From Candidatus Brocadiia bacterium (GTDB lineage: Bacteria; Planctomycetota; PUPC01; DSUN01): a stretch of DNA of 42,748 nucleotides. This document shows, in pieces, positions 34,498-42,748 of the stretch. The stretch lies in contig JADHXT010000001.1 of NCBI GenBank assembly GCA_016782825.1, forward strand, positions 1 to 42,748, in the 5' to 3' direction. Made by a program: the position numbers and the translations under genes. Every line of letters starts with the position of its first letter. Position 1 is the first letter of the stretch. Below the pieces are notes generated by a model that was not told the origin of the DNA, did no database searches, and saw only the letters and a list, made by a program, of their open reading frames with translations.

Positions 34498-36018
34498 CTA
34501 TTGCGCCTGGAGAGTGAGGAGGGTGATGTCGTCGTGCTGCTCGGCGTCGGCCACGTAGGCGCTCACGTCGCTGCGGAGGGCGGCGATGAGCGGCTGGGCA
34601 TTGGCCACGGCGTGGCGCACGGCGGCGGCGAGACGGTCGGTGCCGTACATCTGATGGCGGTCGTTCATGGCTTCGCGCACGCCGTCGGTGTAGAGCACGA
34701 GGGCGTCAGAGGGGGCGAGCTGCACGGCGTGGTCGGCGACCAGGGTGTCGATGGCGCCGATGGCGCCGAGGGCGATGCCGCCGCGGGGCAGGAGCTGGGC
34801 GTCGGCGCCGCGGACGAGCACGGGCGGCTCGTGGCCGGCATTGGCGTAGCGCAGGGTGCGGGTGCCGTCGTCCCAGATGCCGTAGAACATGGAGACGAAG
34901 ACGTCGCCCGTGGTCTGGTCGAACAACTCGCGGTTGAGCCGCACGAGCGCGTCGCTGGGAGACGAGCACGCCGTGGCGATGGCGCGGAGGAGGGTGTGGG
35001 TCATGACCATGACGAGCGCGGCGCCCACGCCCTTGCCGCTCACGTCGGCCACGGCGATGCCCCATTGGCCGGCGGCGAGGGGGATGACGTCGAAGAAATC
35101 GCCGCCCACGTCGCGGGCGGGCAGGGTGAGGCCGTCGAGAGCGACGTGAAGGAGGCGCGGGAACGACTGGGGCAGCAGCTCGCGCTGGATGCGCCGGGCC
35201 ACGGCGGCCTCGCGGTCGGCCTGGTCGCGCTCGGCGCGGATTTGGGTGTGGAGGTGACGCAGGCTGTCGATCTGCTCCGTGGTGCGGCGCACGGAGAGCT
35301 GACGGACGGCGTCGAGGAGGGTGGCCCCTTCGAGCAGCAGGGTGGTGTGGGTGGCAAAGGTGTGGAGCACATCGAGGTCGCCGCCCGTGAAGGAGCGGTT
35401 GGAGCGGGCGAAGGCCCCCAGGAGGCCGATGACGTTTCCGTCGCGCTTGAAGGGCGCCACGAGCATGGCGGTGAGGCCCTGGGCGTGGAGCGCGGCATAG
35501 CGGGGGTAATGGCCGATGTCGTTGATGAGGATGCTCTTGCCTCGCCCGACCACGTCGCGGTGGATTTCGGGGCCGAGGTCGATCTCGGCCCCGACGGAGA
35601 GGGTGATGGGCTCCATCTCCTTCTCGACGTCGGGGAGCACTTCGATGACCGTGGTGTCCACGGCGAGGATGCTGTGGACGGCCTCGGACATCTGGCCGAG
35701 GAGGGTCTGCACGCCCACGTTGTCGAGGAAGGCGCTGGAGAGGGTGCTGATGGACTCGAGCACGCGGGCCTGGCGCTCGCGGTCCTCCGAGCGGAACTCC
35801 AGGCGCAGGTACTGGCGGCGCAGGCTGCTGAGCTCGCTCGCGGTGCGGCGCGAGCGGAGGAAGCGGGCGACCACGATGGCCGCGAAGCCTGCGTTCACCA
35901 ACACGGTGGTCTCAACAAACTGGGAGGGCGTGAGGCTCGGATGGAGCAGCCAGAGCGCATTGAAGGCCAGCCACAGGAGTACGGTCGCTATGAGATGGAG
36001 CAGGCTGCCGCGCCGCAT
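34498..36018 (-). CDS. Membrane-anchored GAF-domain PP2C (SpoIIE/RsbU-type) serine phosphatase
   Basis: There are two N-terminal TM helices, then a GAF-like region (ILINDIGHYPRY...MLVAPFKRDGNVIGLLGAF). The PP2C motifs are ARRIQRELLP, ARDVGGDFFDV, AVADVSGKGVGAALVM, YANAGHEPP, LYTDGVREA and DDITLLTL. The ATG is at 36018. Confidence 0.88.
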   Translation of the reverse strand: MRRGSLLHLIATVLLWLAFNALWLLHPSLTPSQFVETTVLVNAGFAAIVVARFLRSRRTASELSSLRRQYLRLEFRSEDRERQARVLESISTLSSAFLDNVGVQTLLGQMSEAVHSILAVDTTVIEVLPDVEKEMEPITLSVGAEIDLGPEIHRDVVGRGKSILINDIGHYPRYAALHAQGLTAMLVAPFKRDGNVIGLLGAFARSNRSFTGGDLDVLHTFATHTTLLLEGATLLDAVRQLSVRRTTEQIDSLRHLHTQIRAERDQADREAAVARRIQRELLPQSFPRLLHVALDGLTLPARDVGGDFFDVIPLAAGQWGIAVADVSGKGVGAALVMVMTHTLLRAIATACSSPSDALVRLNRELFDQTTGDVFVSMFYGIWDDGTRTLRYANAGHEPPVLVRGADAQLLPRGGIALGAIGAIDTLVADHAVQLAPSDALVLYTDGVREAMNDRHQMYGTDRLAAAVRHAVANAQPLIAALRSDVSAYVADAEQHDDITLLTLQAQ

Positions 36019-36032
36019 GGCGTCCTCGTGTC

Positions 36033-36518
36033 CTACACGGCCGCCTGGTGGCGGCCGGCATACTTGATCAGACGGAGCTCGTTGCCGCGTCCCGGCTCGT
36101 AGGAGTGGGAGATGCGGTCCATGAAGTGGTGAAGGATCACGAGGCCGAGGCCGTGGCCCGCCCCGGAGGCCCAGTAGCCGTCGATGTCGTCCTTCGGCTT
36201 GGCGGCAGGCGAGAAAGAGCACTGCGCCTGGTCGCCGATGGTGACGGCGAGCTGGGTGCGGCTGGCGTCCACGCGGATGTTGATGCGCGGGTCGGCACGG
36301 CTATCGTCAGGGAGGTAGGCGTGCTCGATGATGTTCACGCAGGCCTCGTCGACGGCCATAACGGTCTTGGCGATTTCGCCGGGCGGGTAGTGGTGTTCCA
36401 CGGCGGCGAGTGCCACGAGCTCGCGAATGATCGTGAGGTAGCGGGTGCGTGCGGGCAGGTCGAGCATGATGCGCGTGGGGGGCGCGCTGTGCGTGCCGGG
36501 CGCGAAGTCGGCCACCAT
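36033..36518 (-). CDS. RsbW/SpoIIAB-like anti-sigma-type serine kinase (HATPase_c)
   Basis: AVDEACVNIIEHAY (N-box-like) and GAGHGLGLVILHHFMD (G-box-like). The ATG overlaps the STAS gene stop (TGATG at 36516-36520). Confidence 0.75.
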   Translation of the reverse strand: MVADFAPGTHSAPPTRIMLDLPARTRYLTIIRELVALAAVEHHYPPGEIAKTVMAVDEACVNIIEHAYLPDDSRADPRINIRVDASRTQLAVTIGDQAQCSFSPAAKPKDDIDGYWASGAGHGLGLVILHHFMDRISHSYEPGRGNELRLIKYAGRHQAAV

Positions 36519-36886
36519 CAGGCGTTCTCCTCGGGCGAGTCGAAGGCGTCGAGTGCGGCGGCGACCGAGGGATACACGTGGATGATCTTCGAGAAGCCCA
36601 GGATATCGAAGATGTCGCGGATGGCCGGGGTCATGGCCGCCACTTTGATCTCTCCGTGCTTGGGCAGCAGCTCGCGGTAGGTGTCCACCAGGATGCCGAG
36701 GCCGGCGCTGCTGATGTAGTCGAGGTGTTCGCAGTCGATCACGATGCGGAGCACGCCGCCGTCGCGGACGGCCTGGAGCTGCTCCTCGAACTGCGGGGTG
36801 GTGTGGGCGTCCAGGTAGCCCTGAACGTGGAGCACGACGGCGCTGTTGTGGGCAGGTGTGCGACTCACCTCGAAGGGCTTCTGCAT
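36518..36886 (-). CDS. STAS-domain anti-anti-sigma factor (RsbV/SpoIIAA-like)
   Basis: VLHVQGYLDAHTTPQFEEQL...RIVIDCEHLDYISSAGLGILV carries the conserved phosphorylatable Ser in the DYISSAG context. The ATG is at 36886. The Pro-rich upstream part of the track ORF is rejected. Confidence 0.85.
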   Translation of the reverse strand: MQKPFEVSRTPAHNSAVVLHVQGYLDAHTTPQFEEQLQAVRDGGVLRIVIDCEHLDYISSAGLGILVDTYRELLPKHGEIKVAAMTPAIRDIFDILGFSKIIHVYPSVAAALDAFDSPEENA

Positions 36887-36905
36887 TGCAGGTCTCCGGT
36901 GTCGG

Positions 36906-39572
36906 TCACTCGGGGTGCGTGCGGGGGGACTGCTCGGCCAGAATGCGTGTGATGGCCTGGATGGCCTCGATGGGGCCGTTGGGGGATTGCTCGATGATGG
37001 CTGCGGCGGCCGTGGCGAGGTGTTCGCGCTCGTGGGCGGGATGGTCGGGGCGCACGTAGGCCACGAGGGGCACGGCGGCCCAGGGGCCGGCACGCAGGCA
37101 TCCGAGGGCGTTCAGGTCGCCCTGGCCTTCGGCGGCGGGGTCGAGGATCACGGCGTCGAAGGCGGTGTTGGCGTGGCGCGAGGCGTCGGAGCAGTTGGCG
37201 CAGGCGATGGCGCTGAGGGCGCTTTCGCGCAGGGCCTGGCGCACGCGGTCGCGTTCGGCGTCGTCGCCGATGATGGCCAGCACGCGGGCGGCGTCGCCGT
37301 CCTGGAGGCCGTCGAGGGCGTTGAGGAAGGCGTCGCGGTTGATGGGCTTGCGGAGGCGTTCGCTGGCGCCGGCGGCCTCGGCGATGGCGGCGTCGTCGGT
37401 GGACGAGGCGACGATGAGCGGCGTGTCGGTGGTGCGGGGGTCGGCGCGCAGTTCGTCGGCGAGTTCCCACACCTCGTGGTCGGGGATGGCCACGTCCACG
37501 AGGACGGCAAAGGGCAGGAGCGCGCGGGCGCGTTCGAGGGCGTCGTGGAAGCGGCAGGCGCCGGCCACGCGATAGCCGAAGGGCTCGGCCCACCGGCGGA
37601 GGTCGAGGATGAGCTGCGGGTCGTCTTCGGTGACGGCGAGGATGACGGGGCTGGAGGCGTCGTCGGGGAAGGGATCGCCATCGACCACGCGCTGGCGCAG
37701 CTCCTCGTGCAATTGCTTGAGCAGATGCAGATGGGTGGGGATGACCACCACGAAGGTGGAGCCTCTGGCCTCGTGGCTCTCGACGGTCACGTGGCCGCCG
37801 AGCAGGCGGCAGAGCTTCTTCACGAGCGAAAGGCCCAGGCCCGCGCCGCCGTGCTCGCGGGTGGCCGAGCCGTCCACCTGGCGGAATTCCTCGAAGATGT
37901 GCGGCAGCGCGTCGGGCGGCAGGCCCACGCCGGTGTCGCTCACCGAGATGGCCAGGCGCGGCAGGTCGGCGCCGGCCACGGGATGGGCCGAGAGCCGGAT
38001 CTCGCCCTGGGTGGTGAACTTGATGGCGTTGTTCAGCAGGTGCAGGAGAATCTGCCGCAGGCGGTCGCGGTCGGTATTGAGCACGGGCAGGGCGTCGGGC
38101 AGATCGGCCACGAGCTCGATGGGCTTGTCGGCCAGCGCGGGGCGGACGGACTCGATGCACTCGTGGATGAGCGCGCCGGGCTCGAAGGGGGTGGGGTGGA
38201 GCGGCACGTCGGCGCTGCCCAGTTGGGCGAGGTCGAGCACGTCGTCGATGGCGGCGTGGAGCGTGCGGGCGTTGGCGAGCACGCGGTTGAGGAAGTGCTC
38301 GCCTTTTTCGGAGATGTCGCCGGCGGCGCCGCGGAGCAGCAGCGACACGAAGCCGATGATGGAGGTCATGGGGGTCTTCAGCTCGTGCGACACGTTGGCG
38401 AGAAACTCGTTGCGCAGGCGGTTCATCTCGCGGAGCCGCACGTTGGCGCGCTGGAGCTGGCGGGAGCGGCGGGTGAGCGCGCGGTCGTGCTCCCAGCGCC
38501 CGACGGCCTCCACCAGCACGTTGTAGGCGGTGGCGTATTCGTTGGAGATGCGGCTCGAGAGCGCCTCGGCCATGCTCTCCTCGATGTGGACGAGGGCCTC
38601 GAGGTGCACCCGCGACAGCTCGGGCAGGGGGCGGCGGGCCACGTCGCGGCGCAGGTGGGCGCCGTCCACGCCGGTGGCCTTGGCCAGGCGGTCGAGCTGC
38701 TCCAGGTCGATGCCCGATGGCAGCGCCACGGCGATGGCCATGAGGGGGTAGCGCACGGAGCGGAAGCTGAGGGTGATGGGGAAGGCGCCGATCTGGTAGC
38801 CGCCCGGGCACAACTGGATCTTCGACTGGCTGGCGAGCATGGCGTCGCGGGCGCACTCCCACGCCGCCGTGCGGCAGGCCTCGCAGGCCACGGTGTAGCC
38901 GGCGTCGTCGCGGATGGCCTGGGCCACGGGGCACACGCCGCGCAGGCAGCCGCTCGACGAGGGCGTGCACACACACGTGGGCTCGGGCTGGTAGAGGAAG
39001 CAGGAGAACGACGTGTTGCCGAGCTTGGAGACGGCGGCCTCGTGGTCGCGGATGGCGTCCAGATCCAGCGCCACGCGGAAGTCCACCTTGCCCGGCGGCA
39101 GCAGGCGGCCGTCGACGAGCAGATCGGTGCTCACGCCGAAGGCCTCGAAGGCATCGACCATCCGCTGACGGATCGCGCTGGCGCGGGCGTTGAACGTGCG
39201 AAGCCGCAGCAGCACGTTGATGCGCGCCATCATCTCTTCGTTGTTGCGGGTCGGCACATAGTCGTCCACGGCCGCGTGGCGCGGCGGGATGGCGTCGAGG
39301 TCCTCGCGCAGCACCACGGTGGCGATGCGGGGGTTGAGGCGCTTCACCCGCTCGCACAACTCGATGTGGGTGTTGCCGGCAGGGTCTTCGGGCACGACGG
39401 CCAAGTCGGGGCGGGCGCGCAGGATGCTGCGCACGGCCTCGTCCACGTTGGGCGCATCGAGCACCTCGGAGTGGACGCTGGCGCGGCGGTCCTTCAGCGC
39501 ATCCAGCACGTCGCGATCGGCGTCGCCCATCACGATCACATACGACGGCGCACGTGGAATGTCTTTGCCCAT
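36906..39572 (-). CDS. Hybrid sensor histidine kinase: degenerate N-terminal receiver-like domain, Cys-rich PocR-like sensor, HisKA-HATPase, and two C-terminal receiver domains (the second degenerate)
   Basis: The H-box is FLANVSHELKTPMTSI. The ATPase motifs are LLNNAIKFT, SVSDTGVGL and GGAGLGLSLVKKL. The first C-terminal receiver is ILAVTEDDP...VLVDVAIPD...LRKPI. The Cys-rich block is FSCFLYQPEPTCVCTPSSSGCLRGVCPVAQAIRDDAGYTVACEACRTAAWEC. The ATG is at 39572. Confidence 0.85.
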   Translation of the reverse strand: MGKDIPRAPSYVIVMGDADRDVLDALKDRRASVHSEVLDAPNVDEAVRSILRARPDLAVVPEDPAGNTHIELCERVKRLNPRIATVVLREDLDAIPPRHAAVDDYVPTRNNEEMMARINVLLRLRTFNARASAIRQRMVDAFEAFGVSTDLLVDGRLLPPGKVDFRVALDLDAIRDHEAAVSKLGNTSFSCFLYQPEPTCVCTPSSSGCLRGVCPVAQAIRDDAGYTVACEACRTAAWECARDAMLASQSKIQLCPGGYQIGAFPITLSFRSVRYPLMAIAVALPSGIDLEQLDRLAKATGVDGAHLRRDVARRPLPELSRVHLEALVHIEESMAEALSSRISNEYATAYNVLVEAVGRWEHDRALTRRSRQLQRANVRLREMNRLRNEFLANVSHELKTPMTSIIGFVSLLLRGAAGDISEKGEHFLNRVLANARTLHAAIDDVLDLAQLGSADVPLHPTPFEPGALIHECIESVRPALADKPIELVADLPDALPVLNTDRDRLRQILLHLLNNAIKFTTQGEIRLSAHPVAGADLPRLAISVSDTGVGLPPDALPHIFEEFRQVDGSATREHGGAGLGLSLVKKLCRLLGGHVTVESHEARGSTFVVVIPTHLHLLKQLHEELRQRVVDGDPFPDDASSPVILAVTEDDPQLILDLRRWAEPFGYRVAGACRFHDALERARALLPFAVLVDVAIPDHEVWELADELRADPRTTDTPLIVASSTDDAAIAEAAGASERLRKPINRDAFLNALDGLQDGDAARVLAIIGDDAERDRVRQALRESALSAIACANCSDASRHANTAFDAVILDPAAEGQGDLNALGCLRAGPWAAVPLVAYVRPDHPAHEREHLATAAAAIIEQSPNGPIEAIQAITRILAEQSPRTHPE

Positions 39573-39608
39573 GGCAGGACACCGACAAGAGTTCAGGTCA
39601 TCGCAATC

Positions 39609-39637
39609 ACTATACCACCCGCGCGCGGCAAACTCAA
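39609..39637 (-). promoter_or_regulatory. Putative promoter of the kinase / partner-switching operon (TTGAGT-17-TATAGT, with TGG extended -10)
   Basis: The minus strand has TTGAGT (39637-39632) and TGGTATAGT (39617-39609). Confidence 0.3.
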
Positions 39638-39649
39638 GCCATGCAAGAG

Positions 39650-42421
39650 CTAGGGCTTCTCCAGCGCCAGGTCGTCCAGGTAGGTGACGGCCTTCTCGGC
39701 GGCCATGGACATGACGCCGATCCAGCGCAGCTTGCGGAAGTCGGCCTTGCCGAACGGGAGGTCCTTGAACGTCTGCGCCGCTTTGCCGGGGAGGGTGACG
39801 GTGAGGGTCCACTTGCCGTCGGTCTTGCGGCCGAGTGTGGCGTCGATCTGGAAGCGCACCCACTGGCCGTGGGGGAGGGTGAGCAGGGTGTCCGCGCCCA
39901 CCACCACGCGGCCGTCCTTCTCCACGTGGACGGAGGGTCCGACCTTGTAGGGGCTGGAGTGGTCGCGCCATTCGGTCCAGAAGATGGCGCCGGGCTCCAC
40001 GCGGAGGGCGAAGCGGAAGCGGGCGGGGCCGGTGTTGATGGCCGGGCTGTAGATGAGGTGGGGCTCCCACACGTGCTCGAGGCCGGGGGCGTCGGTGATC
40101 TTGAGGCTATGCTTGCCGCTGGCGGCGGTCTCGTCGGTGATGCAGGCGAGGCCGCCTTTGGCACGGTCCACGCCGATCACCTGGCAGCCTTCGGGCAGCT
40201 CGCCCACGGCGGTCTTCTCGAAGTCGTCGGCGAAGGTGGGCGGCTTGGGCGGCTCGGCGGGGGGCACGGGGCGGTTGGGGTACTTCGCCGGCAGCGCGGC
40301 CCACTCGGCCGGGCCGTGGAGGCCCACGTCGGTGGTGTCGATGGGCTGGAAGCCGAGGGCGAGCGCGGGCGAGTCCTTCGCGAGCGAGAAGTCGCCCTTC
40401 GTGGGGTCGGCGAACTTCGGGTCGGCCACCACGGAGTGCTTGTCCTGGCCGGTGGCCTGCCACTCGGCGAAGGTGCGGCCGGCGAACTCCGGCTCGTCGC
40501 CGCTGGCGGTCCAGTAGAGGTTGTGGTCGAGCTTGTAGTTGCCGTTGCGCCAGTTCGAGCCGAGCACCTGCTCGTTGGAGCACAGGAGGAGGTTGCGCTC
40601 GAAGGTGAAGGAGAGGTGCTCCTCCTCGCGGGTGCGCTGCACCTGTGTCTGGCGGCTGAAGGCGAGCACGTTGTTGCGGAGGATGTTGTTCTTGCCGTAG
40701 TGCTGATGGAAGCCGCCGGTCTTGGTGTTGTAGACGACGTTGTTCTCCATCAGGATGTCGGTGGAGCCTTCGTCGGTGTAGAGGCCCCAGCCGCCGTAGC
40801 TGTAGGAGTAGATGTCGTGGAAGATGTTGTGGCGGATGACGGAGCCAGGGCTGTCGCCGAGGGTGTAGATGCCGCCCATGTCGCTGAGGATGCCGAGGCC
40901 GATGTGGTGGATGTGGCAGTATTCGAGGATATTGTGGTTGGCCGAACTGGGCGCGTAGCCCCAACTCCAGCCGAAGCTCACGCCGGTGTAGTAGAAGTTG
41001 CTGATCTCGCAGTGGGCGATGGTGTTCCAGGAGGCCCGGCCGATCCACACGCCGATGCCGGCGGGGAACACGTGGCCGCCGTTGTGGATGAAGCAGTTGT
41101 CCACGCGGTTGTGGTCGGCGGCGTCGTCGGGCTTGCGGGGGCTGGCGCATTCGCCGATGCGCACGCCGCCGGCGCCCAGGTCGTGGATGTGGCACTGCCG
41201 GGCCACGCAGTGCTGGCTGCCCTGGGCAAACCAGAGCGCGTAGGTGCCGATGTGGCCGATCTCGCAGCCGTCGAGGGTGATGTAGCGTCCGCCCTTCACA
41301 TAGACGGCGGCGGTGGTGAGGAAGGCCGCGGCCTGGCCGTCGGCGTTGCGGTCGCGGGGCAGCTTCCAGTCGGCGTGGCGGAAGGCGAGGCCGCGCAAGG
41401 TGATGTGCTCCACGGGGAGGCCGGCCGCCGGCTCGCCCACGATGCGCACCAGCTCGCCCAGCACGGGTGCCACCACCTCGGCCGTGGCCATGTCCTCGCC
41501 CTCGCGGGGCCAGTAGCTCAGCACACCAGTCTTGCGGTCCAGATACCACTCGCCGGGACTATCGAGCGCCTCGCGGTAGTTCTCCACGAAGTAGCGCTGC
41601 TTGCGGTCCCACCAGCCGATGGGCCAGCCGCTGCGGTTGGCGAAGCGCACCTCGTGCTTCTCGGTGTCGAGCTTGTCGATCCAGTGGAGGCTCGACGTCC
41701 ACGAGTGGTAGGCGAACAGATTCACGTCGGCCAGGTTGTCCCACGCCTTCAGGTCGCCCGCCACGTAGCGGAAGCCCATGCACGCCTCGGCCTTGCCGCG
41801 AAACTTGTGGGGATTCTCGAACCCCGGCAGCGGGCCGTTGGTGCGCAGGAAGCCGACGTTGGGCGTGCGGGCGCGGATGGCCCGCCGGCCGTTCACCCAG
41901 AGCTGGTGGAAGTACCACTTGCCCGCCTTCACGTCGGGGAGCGTGGCCGACCAGATGTCGCCTTCGCCCTTCTTCCAGCCCGTGACGGCGCGGCCGCCAC
42001 TCAGCACCGGCTGCTCGCCGGGATAGGCTTCATACATCACTGGCGCATCTGCCGCCCCAGAGTCCTCCGGGCCGAAGACGATCGGCTCGGCGAGGCGGTA
42101 CGTGCCGCCACGCACCAGCACGCGGAAGGGCCGCGGCTCCTTGGCGGCCGCCTTCGCCTTGCGGATGGCGTCGCGGGCGCGCGTCACGGTGGCGAAGGGG
42201 CCGTCGGTGCCGGCGGCGTTGGGCTCGGCCAGGGCGCCCGACCAGGCGTCGTTCCCGTTGGTCGCCGCAAAGAAGTCGGCCTGAACGGGCGGCTGGCCCC
42301 TGAGCACACCCGAGCACCCGACGGCCCCGGCCACCAGGAGCGCCGCGAGTAGCAGCGTGCCCAGAGCGTTGAGAGCCTGCCCTGCGAATCCTGTCGCGGC
42401 CACGTCGATGAGTTCTTTCAC
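39650..42421 (-). CDS. Right-handed parallel beta-helix repeat protein (pectate-lyase fold), probable lipoprotein, with a C-terminal beta-sandwich-like domain
   Basis: Lipobox-like LLVAGAVGCSG. Repeated beta-helix rungs are NRVDNCFIHNGG, NTIAHCEISNFYYTGVS, NILEYCHIHHIG, VIRHNIFHDI, ILMENNVVYN and ILRNNVLAF. I prefer the GTG at 42421, with AAGGAG 7 nt upstream. Confidence 0.8.
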   Translation of the reverse strand: MKELIDVAATGFAGQALNALGTLLLAALLVAGAVGCSGVLRGQPPVQADFFAATNGNDAWSGALAEPNAAGTDGPFATVTRARDAIRKAKAAAKEPRPFRVLVRGGTYRLAEPIVFGPEDSGAADAPVMYEAYPGEQPVLSGGRAVTGWKKGEGDIWSATLPDVKAGKWYFHQLWVNGRRAIRARTPNVGFLRTNGPLPGFENPHKFRGKAEACMGFRYVAGDLKAWDNLADVNLFAYHSWTSSLHWIDKLDTEKHEVRFANRSGWPIGWWDRKQRYFVENYREALDSPGEWYLDRKTGVLSYWPREGEDMATAEVVAPVLGELVRIVGEPAAGLPVEHITLRGLAFRHADWKLPRDRNADGQAAAFLTTAAVYVKGGRYITLDGCEIGHIGTYALWFAQGSQHCVARQCHIHDLGAGGVRIGECASPRKPDDAADHNRVDNCFIHNGGHVFPAGIGVWIGRASWNTIAHCEISNFYYTGVSFGWSWGYAPSSANHNILEYCHIHHIGLGILSDMGGIYTLGDSPGSVIRHNIFHDIYSYSYGGWGLYTDEGSTDILMENNVVYNTKTGGFHQHYGKNNILRNNVLAFSRQTQVQRTREEEHLSFTFERNLLLCSNEQVLGSNWRNGNYKLDHNLYWTASGDEPEFAGRTFAEWQATGQDKHSVVADPKFADPTKGDFSLAKDSPALALGFQPIDTTDVGLHGPAEWAALPAKYPNRPVPPAEPPKPPTFADDFEKTAVGELPEGCQVIGVDRAKGGLACITDETAASGKHSLKITDAPGLEHVWEPHLIYSPAINTGPARFRFALRVEPGAIFWTEWRDHSSPYKVGPSVHVEKDGRVVVGADTLLTLPHGQWVRFQIDATLGRKTDGKWTLTVTLPGKAAQTFKDLPFGKADFRKLRWIGVMSMAAEKAVTYLDDLALEKP

Positions 42422-42480
42422 CTTCGCTCTCCTTGGCTTGTGGGAACGGAGCGTCCCTTCCGTTGCGGCTTCGAAGCAGT

Positions 42481-42748
42481 CTAACGATTCTGCCAGAGGG
42501 TTTCCATCATGGCCCAGAAGTTTTCCATCGGGGTCTGGCAGACGATGAGGTTGGAGCATCCGACCATGATGCTGCCGAGCTGGCGAGCCACGTCGAGAGC
42601 GGCCATCGTCTCGCGCACCACGTCGTCGCGGGTGCCGCGGTGGAGGGTGACCGAGCTGATGCCGCCGAGCAGGGTCAGATGGGGGAAGCGCTCGCGCAGC
42701 CGACGCAGGTCCATCCCCGCTCGCAGGTCCACCTCGTAGAAGGCATCC
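42481..42748 (-). CDS. Uroporphyrinogen decarboxylase (URO-D)-family protein, C-terminal fragment (5' end outside the window)
   Basis: The frame is open to the window edge. ...AGMDLRRLRERFPHLTLLGGISSVTLHRGTRDDVVRETMAAL...GSIMVGCSNLIVCQTPMENFWAMMETL matches the C-terminal pattern of URO-D/MtaA-like proteins as I recall it. Confidence 0.55.
   Translation of the reverse strand, partial: DAFYEVDLRAGMDLRRLRERFPHLTLLGGISSVTLHRGTRDDVVRETMAALDVARQLGSIMVGCSNLIVCQTPMENFWAMMETLWQNR

Noticed and set aside
36887-37093. Pro-rich N-terminal extension of the STAS gene ORF. Also the extensions of the kinase ORF (39573-40070), the PP2C ORF (36019-36222) and the TAT oxidoreductase ORF (21082-21525).
   Set aside because: These are low-complexity Pro/Arg/Ala sequences overlapping neighbouring genes or intergenic DNA. 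The internal starts have RBS-like motifs and give canonical domain N termini.

Overview
High-GC (roughly two-thirds G+C by eye) bacterial chromosomal window that is densely coding on both strands. I call 31 protein-coding genes, two of them truncated by the window edges. I found no rRNA, tRNA, CRISPR array, transposase, integrase or recognisable defence system. The gene families suggest a PVC/Planctomycetota-like or related uncultured lineage, at low confidence: TAT-signal Gfo/Idh/MocA oxidoreductases, a heparinase II/III-like protein, beta-helix and DUF6259-like giant secreted proteins, and MoxR. Gene order runs as follows: two overlapping GT4 glycosyltransferases; YjbQ; DnaJ; a Gfo/Idh/MocA oxidoreductase; two tandem HtrA-family genes, the second with a degenerate catalytic triad; a GH57 branching-enzyme-like gene; rarA and a 5-formyl-THF cyclo-ligase; a heparinase II/III-like gene plus a secreted hypothetical; MoxR, a secreted hypothetical and a membrane J-domain protein; holA and a TAT oxidoreductase; an ~0.8 kb gene-free island; a GNAT; an O-antigen-ligase-like/TPR membrane protein; an orphan solute-binding protein; an isolated rnfE-rnfA pair coupled to a secreted LolA-like protein; a Kv-type K+ channel; a 1386-aa secreted DUF6259/CBM9-like protein; a hybrid histidine kinase followed by STAS, RsbW-like kinase and GAF-PP2C (a partner-switching cassette with no sigma factor); a 923-aa beta-helix lipoprotein; and a URO-D-family fragment. 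Most of the window is ordinary housekeeping or CAZyme-like content, and I see no clear-cut novel system. The observations most worth a second look are: (1) the orphan RnfE/RnfA operon with an unrelated secreted partner; (2) a ~190-nt rod-shaped, G-U-rich RNA fold (6S-like architecture) upstream of the rarA/5-formyl-THF cyclo-ligase operon; (3) the gene-free island at 21.2-22.0 kb, which carries stacked hairpins, 11-nt iteron-like repeats and an AT-rich core; (4) the HtrA pseudoprotease paralog; (5) the MoxR / J-domain operon that lacks the usual VWA or DUF58 partner; and (6) the kinase plus partner-switching cassette embedded between giant secreted enzymes. All calls come from reading the sequence and ORF translations and from family motifs recalled from memory. 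No database search was run.
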